From: Pseudomonadota bacterium
GTDB taxonomy: Bacteria; Myxococcota; JACRCW01; JAFGSX01
NCBI GenBank assembly: GCA_043821645.1
Contig: JBDRCO010000033.1
Span: 1 to 64,000, forward strand
DNA: 64,000 nucleotides
Direction: 5' to 3'
Each line of letters opens with the position of its first letter. The first letter of the stretch is position 1. This document shows, piece by piece, positions 1 to 10,973 of this stretch. The translations under genes and the position numbers were made by a program. The notes under the pieces were generated by a model that was given only the letters and a program-made list of their open reading frames with translations, had not been told where the DNA came from and made no database searches.

Positions 1-1
1 G

Positions 2-262
2 CTGTTTAATATAAAATATGAACGATTCCATTAATCCCCACCAAATGAATCCCAGTCCGATAGCTAAAACCATTACGGGAATAATCTTATTTAAATCATC
101 TATTCTTGTCCCATAGTAAAATAATCCTGTGGTCAAAACCAAAAATATACTTCCCATCCAAGAGTATACAATATTCGTATTAGCTCTCTGACTCTCCATC
201 GCTTCGCTATACTCTTTAAGCAACGCATTTTCAGAGGGATGATTTGAATTTTCCTGATTCAT
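2..262 (-). CDS. AT-rich small membrane protein (partial, runs off left edge; two predicted TM helices)
   Basis: Manual translation from ATG at 262: MNQENSNHPSENALLKEYSEAMESQRANTNIVYSWMGSIFLVLTTGLFYYG...IIPVMVLAIGLGFIWWGLMESFIFYIKQ, no stop before window edge; absent from the ORF track. Confidence 0.7.
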   Translation of the reverse strand, partial: MNQENSNHPSENALLKEYSEAMESQRANTNIVYSWMGSIFLVLTTGLFYYGTRIDDLNKIIPVMVLAIGLGFIWWGLMESFIFYIKQ

Positions 263-323
263 GACCGGATGTGTCCGATAAATTGTTATCTCTAAAAAGC
301 AGAGTGAGAAATAGCGAATAACG

Positions 324-345
324 GAATACCTAATTTTAGATACTC
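324..345 (-). terminator. Hairpin just 3' of tRNA-Gly, possible terminator
   Basis: Minus strand GAGTATCTA-AAAT-TAGGTATTC forms a 9-bp stem with G-U pairs, followed by a weak U-rich tract. Confidence 0.35.
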
Positions 346-357
346 GGCTTCCTGTCG

Positions 358-430
358 AGCGGGAGACGGGATTCGAACCCGCGACCATCAACTTGGAAGG
401 CTGATGCTCTACCAACTGAGCTACTCCCGC
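358..430 (-). tRNA. tRNA-Gly(TCC), CCA not encoded (ends ...GCT-CGA)
   Basis: GCGGGAGTAGCTCAGTTGGTAGAGCATCAGCCTTCCAAGTTGATGGTCGCGGGTTCGAATCCCGTCTCCCGCT folds as a cloverleaf, anticodon loop CT-TCC-AA. Confidence 0.95.
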
Positions 431-486
431 GAATACCAAGTTCCTTTCTTCCAGGTCTGCGGATTCCAGCCCGCGCATTGAAAAGA

Positions 487-573
487 TGGTGCTGGGGGAT
501 GGATTCGAACCACCGTAGGCTTGTCGCCAGCAGGTTTACAGCCTGCCCCCTTTAGCCACTCGGGAACCCCAGC
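487..573 (-). tRNA. tRNA-Tyr(GTA)
   Basis: Cloverleaf with long variable arm, anticodon arm GCAGG-CT-GTA-AA-CCTGC, GGTTCGAATCC T-arm, encoded CCA. Confidence 0.95.
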
Positions 574-652
574 ATATGTGACGCGTCGTCGTGCTCGCGC
601 CTTGTCTCCCTTTCACAACCGCGCCGTCGAGCGATCCACCGGTTGTCGTCAC

Positions 653-728
653 TGGAGCTGGCGATGGGACTTGAACCCGCAACCTGCTGATTACAAATCA
701 GCTGCTCTGCCAGTTGAGCTACGCCAGC
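653..728 (-). tRNA. tRNA-Thr(TGT)
   Basis: GCTGGCGTAGCTCAACTGGCAGAGCAGCTGATTTGTAATCAGCAGGTTGCGGGTTCAAGTCCCATCGCCAGCTCCA, 76 nt, encoded CCA. Confidence 0.95.
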
Positions 729-801
729 AAGGTGATCGCTCAGCAAAAAAATGACGCCAGCGATCACACCTCAACAATATCCCCGTCGCCGGGGAACGCG
801 T

Positions 802-831
802 CTTGTAGAGCACCGCGAAGCGACCTGTCAA
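802..831 (-). promoter_or_regulatory. Putative sigma-70 promoter of tRNA operon
   Basis: TTGACA (826-831), 18-bp spacer, weak -10 TACAAG, then GC-rich sequence. Confidence 0.35.
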
Positions 832-928
832 GCGGAGATTCCCCTGTGCATTCAAAAGGCTGACTCCCTCAGGGTGACGCGGGTAGCCGACCCGGGGACA
901 GACCACCTCCGGGAAAGGAGTCCCGGTG

Positions 929-1663
929 CTACCAGGTCTGACCTGAGAGCAGATCCACGTGGAAGCGCAGCGCCAGCCCACCTTCCATGCGAAAGCGCAG
1001 CTCCGGTGCCACGTCGACACCTGGCGCCAGGGTCAGGTCGAGCTCGACGGGGAGTGGCGGCAAGGTGGCACGCACACCCACAGGAGCCCGAGCGCCGAAG
1101 GCGAAGGGCAGCTCGCGCAGGTACGAGGGCCGCGGTTCGAACACGCCCAGGCGCAGGCCGCCACCGCCAAAGAACGACAGCGCCACGCCGTAGTCCCGAG
1201 ACGGGACCCAGCGCAGGAAGTGGTAGGCATAGTCCGTGCGCAGCACCAGGGACTGGAACCACGGCGAGAAGCCGACCAGCCCATTGATCTGGTGGGCGTC
1301 GCGAATGCGGTAGCCGACGCTCAGGCCACTGGCCTCGCCAAGCTCGAGCCCGAGTGCCACCGGCGCGCGCACCACGCGCATGCTCCGGCGAACGCGAGGT
1401 GTCGTGTCGCCGCCATCGCTCACGGAAGCGTCCGCGGGAGCCGGCTCTGGCGAGGCGGGTGCGTCGACCAGGGGCGGCGCATCCTCCACCCGCGCAGGGT
1501 CATCCACAGCGGGGCCTGGCTCGGCCATGGGCACGGCCGCCTCGTCGACGGCAGAGGTCCCGTCGGCGTCGTCCTGGGCCAGCACAGGGCCAGGCACGAG
1601 GGCGAGGACACACAGGCTCACGAGGACACGCATGGGGTGCGACATGGCGAGGACTCTAGCCAT
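929..1663 (-). CDS. Putative outer-membrane beta-barrel protein with Pro/Ala/Asp-rich linker (true start may be slightly downstream)
   Basis: Signal peptide MRVLVSLCVLALVPGPVLAQ; alternating beta strands GLELGEASGLSVGY, FFGGGGLRLG, FGARAPVGV, GGLALRFH. Confidence 0.55.
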   Translation of the reverse strand: MARVLAMSHPMRVLVSLCVLALVPGPVLAQDDADGTSAVDEAAVPMAEPGPAVDDPARVEDAPPLVDAPASPEPAPADASVSDGGDTTPRVRRSMRVVRAPVALGLELGEASGLSVGYRIRDAHQINGLVGFSPWFQSLVLRTDYAYHFLRWVPSRDYGVALSFFGGGGLRLGVFEPRPSYLRELPFAFGARAPVGVRATLPPLPVELDLTLAPGVDVAPELRFRMEGGLALRFHVDLLSGQTW

Positions 1664-3050
1664 GAATGGCCCTGCGGTCCACGGCCAGCGCGGCCTCCTT
1701 GAGGATCTCGGACAGGGTCGGGTGCGCGTGCACGGCGCGACCCAGGTCCTCGGCGCTACCCTTGAATTCCATGGCGATGGCGGCCTCGGCGATCATGTCC
1801 GAAGCACGCGCGCCGACGATGTGCACGCCCAGGATCTGGTCGGTCCCGGCGTCGGCGATGACCTTCACCAGGCCGTCCTGTTCGCCCATGGTCTTGGCGC
1901 GGGCGTTGGCCTTGAAGTAGTAGCGCCCGACCTTGATGGCGCGCTTGTCGGCCTTGGCCTGCTCCTCGCTGATACCGACCTGGGCCAGCTCGGGCCAGGT
2001 GTAGATGACGTTGGGGATGGCGTCGTAGCTGACGTGTCCAGGCAGACCCGCGATGTTCTCGGCCACGGCCACGCCCTCTTCCTCCGCCTTGTGCGCCAGC
2101 ATGGGGCCAGCCACCACGTCCCCGATGGCGTAGATGCCGGGCACGGTGCTCTGCAGCCTGTCGTCGACGGGGATGCGTCCCTTGTCCAGAACGATACCCA
2201 GGTCCTCGAGCCCCAACCCCTCGGTATAGGGACGTCGCCCCACCGCCACCAGCACGCGGTCGCAGGGCAGGGTCTCGTCGGCGCCCTTGTCATTCTTGAG
2301 CGCGAGCTCCACGCCACTGGCGCTGACCGTGGCCGCGGTGACCTGGGTCTTGGTGCGCAGGGTCAGCCCCTGGTCCTTGAGCGCGCGCTCGAGGGTGCGC
2401 GCCATCTGTGCGTCGGCAAAGGGCGCGATCTGCGGCAGCATCTCGACCACCGTGACCTGGGCGCCGAGCCGCTTCCACACGCTGCCCAGCTCCAGGCCCA
2501 CGGCCCCGGCGCCGATGACGACGAGGTGACCCGGCACCTTGTCCAGGCTCAGCACCTCGGTGCTGCTCAGGATGTGCGTGCCATCGAACTTCAGGAACGG
2601 AAGCTCCACCGGCGCACTGCCGGTGGCGACGACGATGGCCCCCGCCTCCAGCTCACTGTTGCCGGACGGGGTCTCGACCAGCACGCGACCGGGGGCAGCG
2701 ATGCGAGCACGACCGGCGACGACGGTGATCTTGTTTTTCTTCATCAGCAGGCCGAGCCCCTCGACCACCTCCTTGACCACCCGCGTCTTGCGCGCCATCA
2801 AGGTGGCGAGGTCGAACGCGACCGGGCCCGTCGAGATGCCGTGGTCGCCGAGCTTGTGCTGCAGCGTCGACAGCAGTTCGCTGGACTCGAGCAGGGCCTT
2901 GCTCGGGATACAGCCGACATTGAGGCAGGTGCCGCCCAGGGTGGGGTTCTTCTCGACCAGGGCGACTTTCTTGCCGAGCTGCGCGGCACGGATGGCGGCC
3001 ACGTAGCCACCGGGACCGGCGCCGATGACGACGACATCATAACGTTCCAT
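1656..3050 (-). CDS. lpdA: Dihydrolipoyl dehydrogenase (E3)
   Basis: GAGPGGYVAA FAD site, GGTCLNVGCIPSK redox disulfide, HAHPTLSE. Confidence 0.97.
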   Translation of the reverse strand: MERYDVVVIGAGPGGYVAAIRAAQLGKKVALVEKNPTLGGTCLNVGCIPSKALLESSELLSTLQHKLGDHGISTGPVAFDLATLMARKTRVVKEVVEGLGLLMKKNKITVVAGRARIAAPGRVLVETPSGNSELEAGAIVVATGSAPVELPFLKFDGTHILSSTEVLSLDKVPGHLVVIGAGAVGLELGSVWKRLGAQVTVVEMLPQIAPFADAQMARTLERALKDQGLTLRTKTQVTAATVSASGVELALKNDKGADETLPCDRVLVAVGRRPYTEGLGLEDLGIVLDKGRIPVDDRLQSTVPGIYAIGDVVAGPMLAHKAEEEGVAVAENIAGLPGHVSYDAIPNVIYTWPELAQVGISEEQAKADKRAIKVGRYYFKANARAKTMGEQDGLVKVIADAGTDQILGVHIVGARASDMIAEAAIAMEFKGSAEDLGRAVHAHPTLSEILKEAALAVDRRAIHG

Positions 3051-3051
3051 G

Positions 3052-4383
3052 TCAGATCTCCAGCAGGTTGAGCCCGGGATGCTCGATGAAGTCCACGATG
3101 CGACGCAGGAAGATCACGGCCTCGGAGCCGTCGACCAGGCGGTGATCGTAGCTGACCGCCAGGTACATCATGGGCCGCGCCACGATCTGATCATCCAGCA
3201 CCACCGGACGTTTCTTGATGCCATGCATGCCAAGGATGCCGCTCTGCGGTGGGTTGAGGATGGGCGTCGACAGCAGCGAACCGTACACGCCGCCATTGCT
3301 GATGGTGAACACGCCGCCCATGAGGTCGCTCAGCTCGAGCTTGTTGTCCCGGGCACGGCTGGCCAGGCCGGCGATGCGGCGCTCGATCTCGGCCATCGAG
3401 ATCGCATCGCAATCGCGGACCACGGGCACCACCAGGCCGCGGGGCGTGCCCACCGCCACGCCGATGTCGTAAAAGTGGTTGTGCACGATCTCGTCGCCCT
3501 GGATCTGGGCATTGAGGGCAGGCACGGCGCGCAGCGCGTCGACCGCCGCCTTGACGAAGAAGCTCATGAAACCCAGACCCACCCCGTGCTTCTGCTCGAA
3601 GCTCTTCTTGAAGCGCTCGCGCAGCTGCAGCACCTCGCTCATGTCCACCTCGTTGAAGGTGGTGAGGATGGCCGCGGTTTGTTGCGCCTGCACCAGGCGC
3701 TCGGCGATGCGTGCGCGGATGCGGCTCATGGGGGTGCGGGTCTGGCGCTCGCCGGTGGGGGGAGACAGCGCGACAGACGCGGCCGCGGGAGCACTCGGCG
3801 GCGGCGCGGGTGCTGCCAGGGTCGTCTCGATGGCGGATCCGGGCTTGTTCTGGTCGAGAAAGCGCAGCACGTCGGCCTTGATCAGCCGGCCACCCTTGCC
3901 GCTGGCTGGGATGACGGTCGGGTCAAGAGCGTTTTCCTCGACCAGGCGCCGCACCGCCGGACTCAGCGCTTCGAGGGCCTGCTGGCGCTGGACATTCTGG
4001 CGCAGGGTGGGCAGGCCAGCGGGCACCGCGAGCGGAGCACCGTCTCCCTTGAGCACAGGGTGGGGCGTGGGCGAGGGACCTGACACGGCCACCGGAGGCG
4101 CCGGCGGACGCGGTGCGGCCGCTGCGGGTGCGGTGCTGGTGCCGCTGGCCTCGGTGTCGATGGAACCCACGACCTGGCCGATCTGCACGGTGGCCCCGGC
4201 CGCGACGTCAATGCGCAAGGCCCCGGCCTTCTCGGCAGTGACCGTCATGGTGATCTTGTCGGTCTCCAGCTCGAACAGGGGATCGTCGACGCGCACCGCC
4301 TCGCCATTCTGCCTGCTCCAGGCGACGAGCACGCCCTCGGTGATGGACTCGCCGACGGTGGGAACCTTGACCTCGAACTTCAT
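3052..4383 (-). CDS. sucB: 2-oxoglutarate dehydrogenase E2, dihydrolipoyl succinyltransferase
   Basis: Lipoyl domain ELETDKI, E3-binding SPAVRRL...GKGGRL, catalytic SYDHRLVDG; start taken at MKFEVKVP. Confidence 0.95.
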   Translation of the reverse strand: MKFEVKVPTVGESITEGVLVAWSRQNGEAVRVDDPLFELETDKITMTVTAEKAGALRIDVAAGATVQIGQVVGSIDTEASGTSTAPAAAAPRPPAPPVAVSGPSPTPHPVLKGDGAPLAVPAGLPTLRQNVQRQQALEALSPAVRRLVEENALDPTVIPASGKGGRLIKADVLRFLDQNKPGSAIETTLAAPAPPPSAPAAASVALSPPTGERQTRTPMSRIRARIAERLVQAQQTAAILTTFNEVDMSEVLQLRERFKKSFEQKHGVGLGFMSFFVKAAVDALRAVPALNAQIQGDEIVHNHFYDIGVAVGTPRGLVVPVVRDCDAISMAEIERRIAGLASRARDNKLELSDLMGGVFTISNGGVYGSLLSTPILNPPQSGILGMHGIKKRPVVLDDQIVARPMMYLAVSYDHRLVDGSEAVIFLRRIVDFIEHPGLNLLEI

Positions 4384-4435
4384 GACCGGCCTCGTCTGCT
4401 GTCGCGTGAGAGCCATCCATCAAAAAAGGGAATCC

Positions 4436-7177
<2,742 letters not shown>

Positions 7178-7316
7178 GTCAAACCTCCGTTGCGCGCGGA
7201 ACCGGCGCATGATCGCCCGAGCCTGTCCACCTCACAAGACCGGGCTGCGCATGATGTAGCGAATCCGCTGCGGGCGATCCGGTTCGCATGGCGAAGCCGA
7301 GGGACGGGGCCGTCGT

Positions 7317-8453
7317 TCAGAACAGAGCGGGTCTGCAGCAGAAGTAGTAGCGCACGTTGCTGGGCTGGCAGGTCGAGGTGTCGATGTCGTTGTTGCTGTA
7401 GTTGAAGCAGCTGATCCGGTCATAGGCCGACTCACCGTAGCCGTTGGTGTCGACGGGAGCGTGGGTGTCGCCGGTCCGCACCAGGACCGGGTGCTCCCCA
7501 TCGCCGTCGGTGAGGTTGCCGCAGGTGTAGCCGTTGCCGGTGCCCTTGCCCAGGTTCTGCTCGTCGCACATGAGGATGACGTTGAGCGGACAGATCATGG
7601 CGTTGCGCGCGTCGCAGTCGTTGACCGAGCCGCTCCAGGTGTTGCTCTTGGCCTGGTCATCGATGCACCAGGGACCGATGCGGGACATGTCGGCGGGGCA
7701 GCTTCCAAGCCCCTGCGACGGCGACGCGATCGCGCCCGCGACCTGCAGGTTGCCGGTCACGCTCAGGTTGCCGTCGATCTCGACGTTGCCCGCGTTGTCG
7801 ACGCGCAGGCCCAATCCCTTGTTATGCAGCCGGATCTTCTCATCACCGCTCGAGTAGGTGATCTCGGCGTGCTGGGTGGCGCCCTGGCCATCGTAAAGGT
7901 ACAGGCCACCCGCCGCCTCGTCGCCCAGCGGGATGGCGATGGTCGACTCGGGCACGCGCAGGTCGGTCTGCGGCTGCGGGGGGTTGGTGTTCGCGCCGCT
8001 GCCGATCACCAGGGCATGACCCGGGCTGGTGTTGGCGATGCCCAGGCGCCCGCTGACCACGAAGTTGTCGCCCTGCGAGGTGCCCATGGCAAAGGGAACG
8101 GAGAGCAGTCGCTGGCGACCGGCCAGGTCGTGGCCATCGATGGCTATCTGCAGGTAGAGCGCTCGCCCGTCGAAGGCCTCGACCGGCAAGGGGGTCAGGA
8201 TGGTGGCGAAGCTGCCAGCGAAGACCTGCACCTGCCGGGAGAGGGGCGTGCCCAGGGCCGTGCCCGCGGTGGGCACGTCGTAGAGCGTGAACACCAGTGT
8301 GTGGGCGCCAGACACTGCCTGACCGTCGAGCTCCAGGTAGCCATGATAGGGAATGCCTGGAGACTGAGCCCCGGCGGGCCAGGCGGCCAGGACACCAAGG
8401 GCCAGCACGGTCGCAATCCAAGGGGTCCTGCTTCCTATTGTCTTTGTGCGCAT
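7317..8453 (-). CDS. Secreted fibre/adhesin-like protein with Cys-rich, possibly lectin-like C-terminus
   Basis: Signal peptide, N-domain PYHGYL...FTLYD...LYLQIAIDG...QRLLSVPFA, beta-repeat GNVEIDGNLSVTGNL, C-terminal CPADM...WCID...YYFCC; AGGAG RBS. Confidence 0.65.
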   Translation of the reverse strand: MRTKTIGSRTPWIATVLALGVLAAWPAGAQSPGIPYHGYLELDGQAVSGAHTLVFTLYDVPTAGTALGTPLSRQVQVFAGSFATILTPLPVEAFDGRALYLQIAIDGHDLAGRQRLLSVPFAMGTSQGDNFVVSGRLGIANTSPGHALVIGSGANTNPPQPQTDLRVPESTIAIPLGDEAAGGLYLYDGQGATQHAEITYSSGDEKIRLHNKGLGLRVDNAGNVEIDGNLSVTGNLQVAGAIASPSQGLGSCPADMSRIGPWCIDDQAKSNTWSGSVNDCDARNAMICPLNVILMCDEQNLGKGTGNGYTCGNLTDGDGEHPVLVRTGDTHAPVDTNGYGESAYDRISCFNYSNNDIDTSTCQPSNVRYYFCCRPALF

Positions 8454-8549
8454 GGAGACTCCTGTGCTCAGGACGCTCATACCACGGCCCGGCAAGAGGA
8501 ATTTCCTATTGATTTGGTAGAGATAGTCGCGACCGGAAGCGACGGCTGG

Positions 8550-10037
8550 TCAGTGATTCTGGATCGCGTTCATGCGCTCCTGCACCTCGTCGGCACTCAG
8601 GCTCTGGCCGGTGTTGGCCTTGAGGGAGCGCTGGGCACGAATGTTCTCGTCGCTGGTCAGAGGCGCCGCAGCCTCGGCAGGGGTCAGCACGCGGCCCTCG
8701 GCCTGGGCCTTCATGCGCCGCTCCTCGAGGATGGTGGTGGCCACCTTGAGCAGCTCCTCGTCGACCCGGAACAGGCCGCCCGCCGGTGAGAACTCGGCGC
8801 CGCAGGACGAGGCACCTCCCATCACGCTCAGGCCCTTGTCGCCCTTGACCCGGTAGAAGCCGCGGCCCGGGTGCACGCCCTGCACATGGCCCGCGCCGAG
8901 GGTGCCCTTCCAGATTTCCTTGCCACTCGCGTCGCTGACGATGATGTGGTTGTCGGTGTAGTAGGAGAACAGCCACAGCTCGTTGGGCGTGGGCAGCAAA
9001 AAATCGTTCTCGATGCCCATGCCCTCGAGGCCCGCCGCGAAGTGGTGCTCGGCGTAGCCGCTGGCGCTCTCGTGGACCAGGGGCGCGACCACGGCCACGA
9101 TGGGCGTGGTCGAGGTCACCTCGACGTATTTCTGGGTCAGGGTCAGGGTATGGATGCCGCCCGCGGGTACGGTGCCCTTCCACAGGATGTCCTGACTCTT
9201 GAGGTCGCGCACGGTCACGGTGGCGGCCACCTGGTGGCTGATCAGGTTGAGGTCGTTCATGCCCTGGGTGATCTTGCCAACGTAGGTCCGGAACCGCTTG
9301 CCCGCGGCGAGCCCGGACTCGGCAGGCAGGAAGAAGCCCTCGTCGTAGTACACCTGGGCGCTCAGCGCGGGCTTGCTGGCCTCGAGAAGCAGGGTGTGGC
9401 CGTGCAGGGGCGCCAGCGCGGCTCCGCTGATGTCGTGAAAGCTGTCCTTCTTGAGCGCCCCCTCGAACACGACCTTGTCCGTGGTGACGTCGACGATGCG
9501 CAGGCTCAGGTCGTCCCAGGCCCAGGCGATGACGCGCTCGTCGCCGGCGAAGCCTGACGAAGGCAGTGCCGAGTAGAAGCGCTGGCTACGAAACGAGCCG
9601 TTCTGATCGCGCACCCAGTAGCCCGCCACCGCGCAGGACGAGGGCGTGCCCACCAGGATGGCGGCCTTTTTATCGGACAGGAAGCTGAAGACCCCCTGCC
9701 CGGTCGGGATGAGTCGGGTCTGGCCCGGCTGCACCACGCCCTGCCACACCGTGCGCTTCTTATCGAGCGACACGATGCGCACGCTGGTGTCCTTCTCGTA
9801 GCCATGCACCACCGCCTCGGTGGCCGTGTAGAAGTAGGTCGTGTACCACAGCTTGTTCGGGTCCGTGGCCAGGGGCTGGGACGGTGCACTGCTCGAAGAC
9901 GCGGGGGCTGGCGCCACCACCTGAGAATCGACGGCCGGGGTATGCCTGTTGACCGCCGGACGGCGCGGAGGCGCCTCGGCATGCACCACCGTGGAGGCAC
10001 AGAGCAGGGCAAGAGCGAACGTGGACGCGCGTGGCAT
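8550..10037 (-). CDS. Secreted beta-rich hypothetical protein with internal repeats (IgGFc-binding-like?)
   Basis: ATG 10037 with GGAGG RBS; signal peptide MPRASTFALALLCASTVVHA; repeated units VWQGVV/VFEGAL/LWKGTV/IWKGTL. Confidence 0.65.
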   Translation of the reverse strand: MPRASTFALALLCASTVVHAEAPPRRPAVNRHTPAVDSQVVAPAPASSSSAPSQPLATDPNKLWYTTYFYTATEAVVHGYEKDTSVRIVSLDKKRTVWQGVVQPGQTRLIPTGQGVFSFLSDKKAAILVGTPSSCAVAGYWVRDQNGSFRSQRFYSALPSSGFAGDERVIAWAWDDLSLRIVDVTTDKVVFEGALKKDSFHDISGAALAPLHGHTLLLEASKPALSAQVYYDEGFFLPAESGLAAGKRFRTYVGKITQGMNDLNLISHQVAATVTVRDLKSQDILWKGTVPAGGIHTLTLTQKYVEVTSTTPIVAVVAPLVHESASGYAEHHFAAGLEGMGIENDFLLPTPNELWLFSYYTDNHIIVSDASGKEIWKGTLGAGHVQGVHPGRGFYRVKGDKGLSVMGGASSCGAEFSPAGGLFRVDEELLKVATTILEERRMKAQAEGRVLTPAEAAAPLTSDENIRAQRSLKANTGQSLSADEVQERMNAIQNH

Positions 10038-10108
10038 GCGAGGCCTCCAGGATGTGCTTGTTTGCTGGGAACGATCGAGGGCGCCCCGGGATCTCGGGAC
10101 CTGCCATG

Positions 10109-10801
10109 TCAGCGGCGACGGGTTGGGTCCAGCGCCTCGTTCTGCGGGGGGCTCGGCAGGCGCACGCCGTAACGCGCGACCGTGCCCAGATCCGGGGCCG
10201 GCAGGGAGGAGGGAGCCTCCTGTGGCGTGGGCTGCGCCTTCGGCAGCTGCTTGGAGTACAGGGGACGGGCCACGCCTTCCATACTCGGCGGCGGCAGGGC
10301 CTCTGGCTCGATGGCGTAGGCGGGCCTGGCAACCATGTCGGCCGGGATACCGTACTTGGAGGCGGGCCGGGTGACCGGGAGCTGGGGTTCGGGTTGCGCC
10401 GGCAAGGGTTCGCGCACGGCGTACTCGGCCATGATGTTGGGATCCGGGAGCATGGGCCTGGGCTCGAGCGCGGCATACATGGACACGGGCACCATGTCTG
10501 GTCGCGCAGGTGCTGGCGCAGGCACCGAGTAGGGCGGGACCGGGGCGGGCTGGGAATGCACCTGCCAGTCCGGGCTCACGGCGTACTCGGATGTGATGTC
10601 GGGGTCCATCACCGGCCGCGACACTGCAGCAGCCGCATCGGGTCCTGGCGGCATCAGGTCTCGCGGGCAGGCGGCCAGGCCCAGCATCATGCCCGCGGCG
10701 GCAGAGCTGACCGCGATGTGCTGGGCCCAGTAGCGCCACCAGCTGCGATCGTAGTCCTCGAGGACAGCGTGGATGCGTGCGCGAAGCTGAATGTCGTCCA
10801 T
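10109..10801 (-). CDS. Pro-rich lipoprotein with eight xxY[G/A/S] motifs (candidate multicore RiPP/splicease substrate)
   Basis: GGAGG RBS; lipobox-like GLAAC; motifs SEYAV, PPYSV, SMYAA, AEYAV, SKYGI, PAYAI, PLYSK, ARYGV. Confidence 0.7.
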   Translation of the reverse strand: MDDIQLRARIHAVLEDYDRSWWRYWAQHIAVSSAAAGMMLGLAACPRDLMPPGPDAAAAVSRPVMDPDITSEYAVSPDWQVHSQPAPVPPYSVPAPAPARPDMVPVSMYAALEPRPMLPDPNIMAEYAVREPLPAQPEPQLPVTRPASKYGIPADMVARPAYAIEPEALPPPSMEGVARPLYSKQLPKAQPTPQEAPSSLPAPDLGTVARYGVRLPSPPQNEALDPTRRR

Positions 10802-10973
10802 GACCAGCCCCTCCAGTCACAGCCTAGCAACGATCGGGAGTGGCTGGCGATCTCATCGATCACAGGTACCGTGTTGGAGGCGGTCGCGGAAAGCCCGCGC
10901 GGGGCGTCCTCACCGTGGCAGACCTGCCAGAGGCTCTTCAAGGAGGTCGGCGCGGACCAGCAGCGCCGAGCTG

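Noticed and set aside
521-767. Short ORFs 521-754(+) and 552-767(-)
   Set aside because: They overlap the tRNA-Tyr and tRNA-Thr genes and are translation artefacts.
7317-7500. Possible DGR variable region (AAC-rich, lectin-like C-terminus)
   Set aside because: No template repeat and no reverse transcriptase seen in the window.
10038-10820. N-terminal extension of the 756-aa ORF 8550-10820
   Set aside because: It overlaps the better-supported 10109-10801 gene; RBS and signal peptide indicate a start at 10037.
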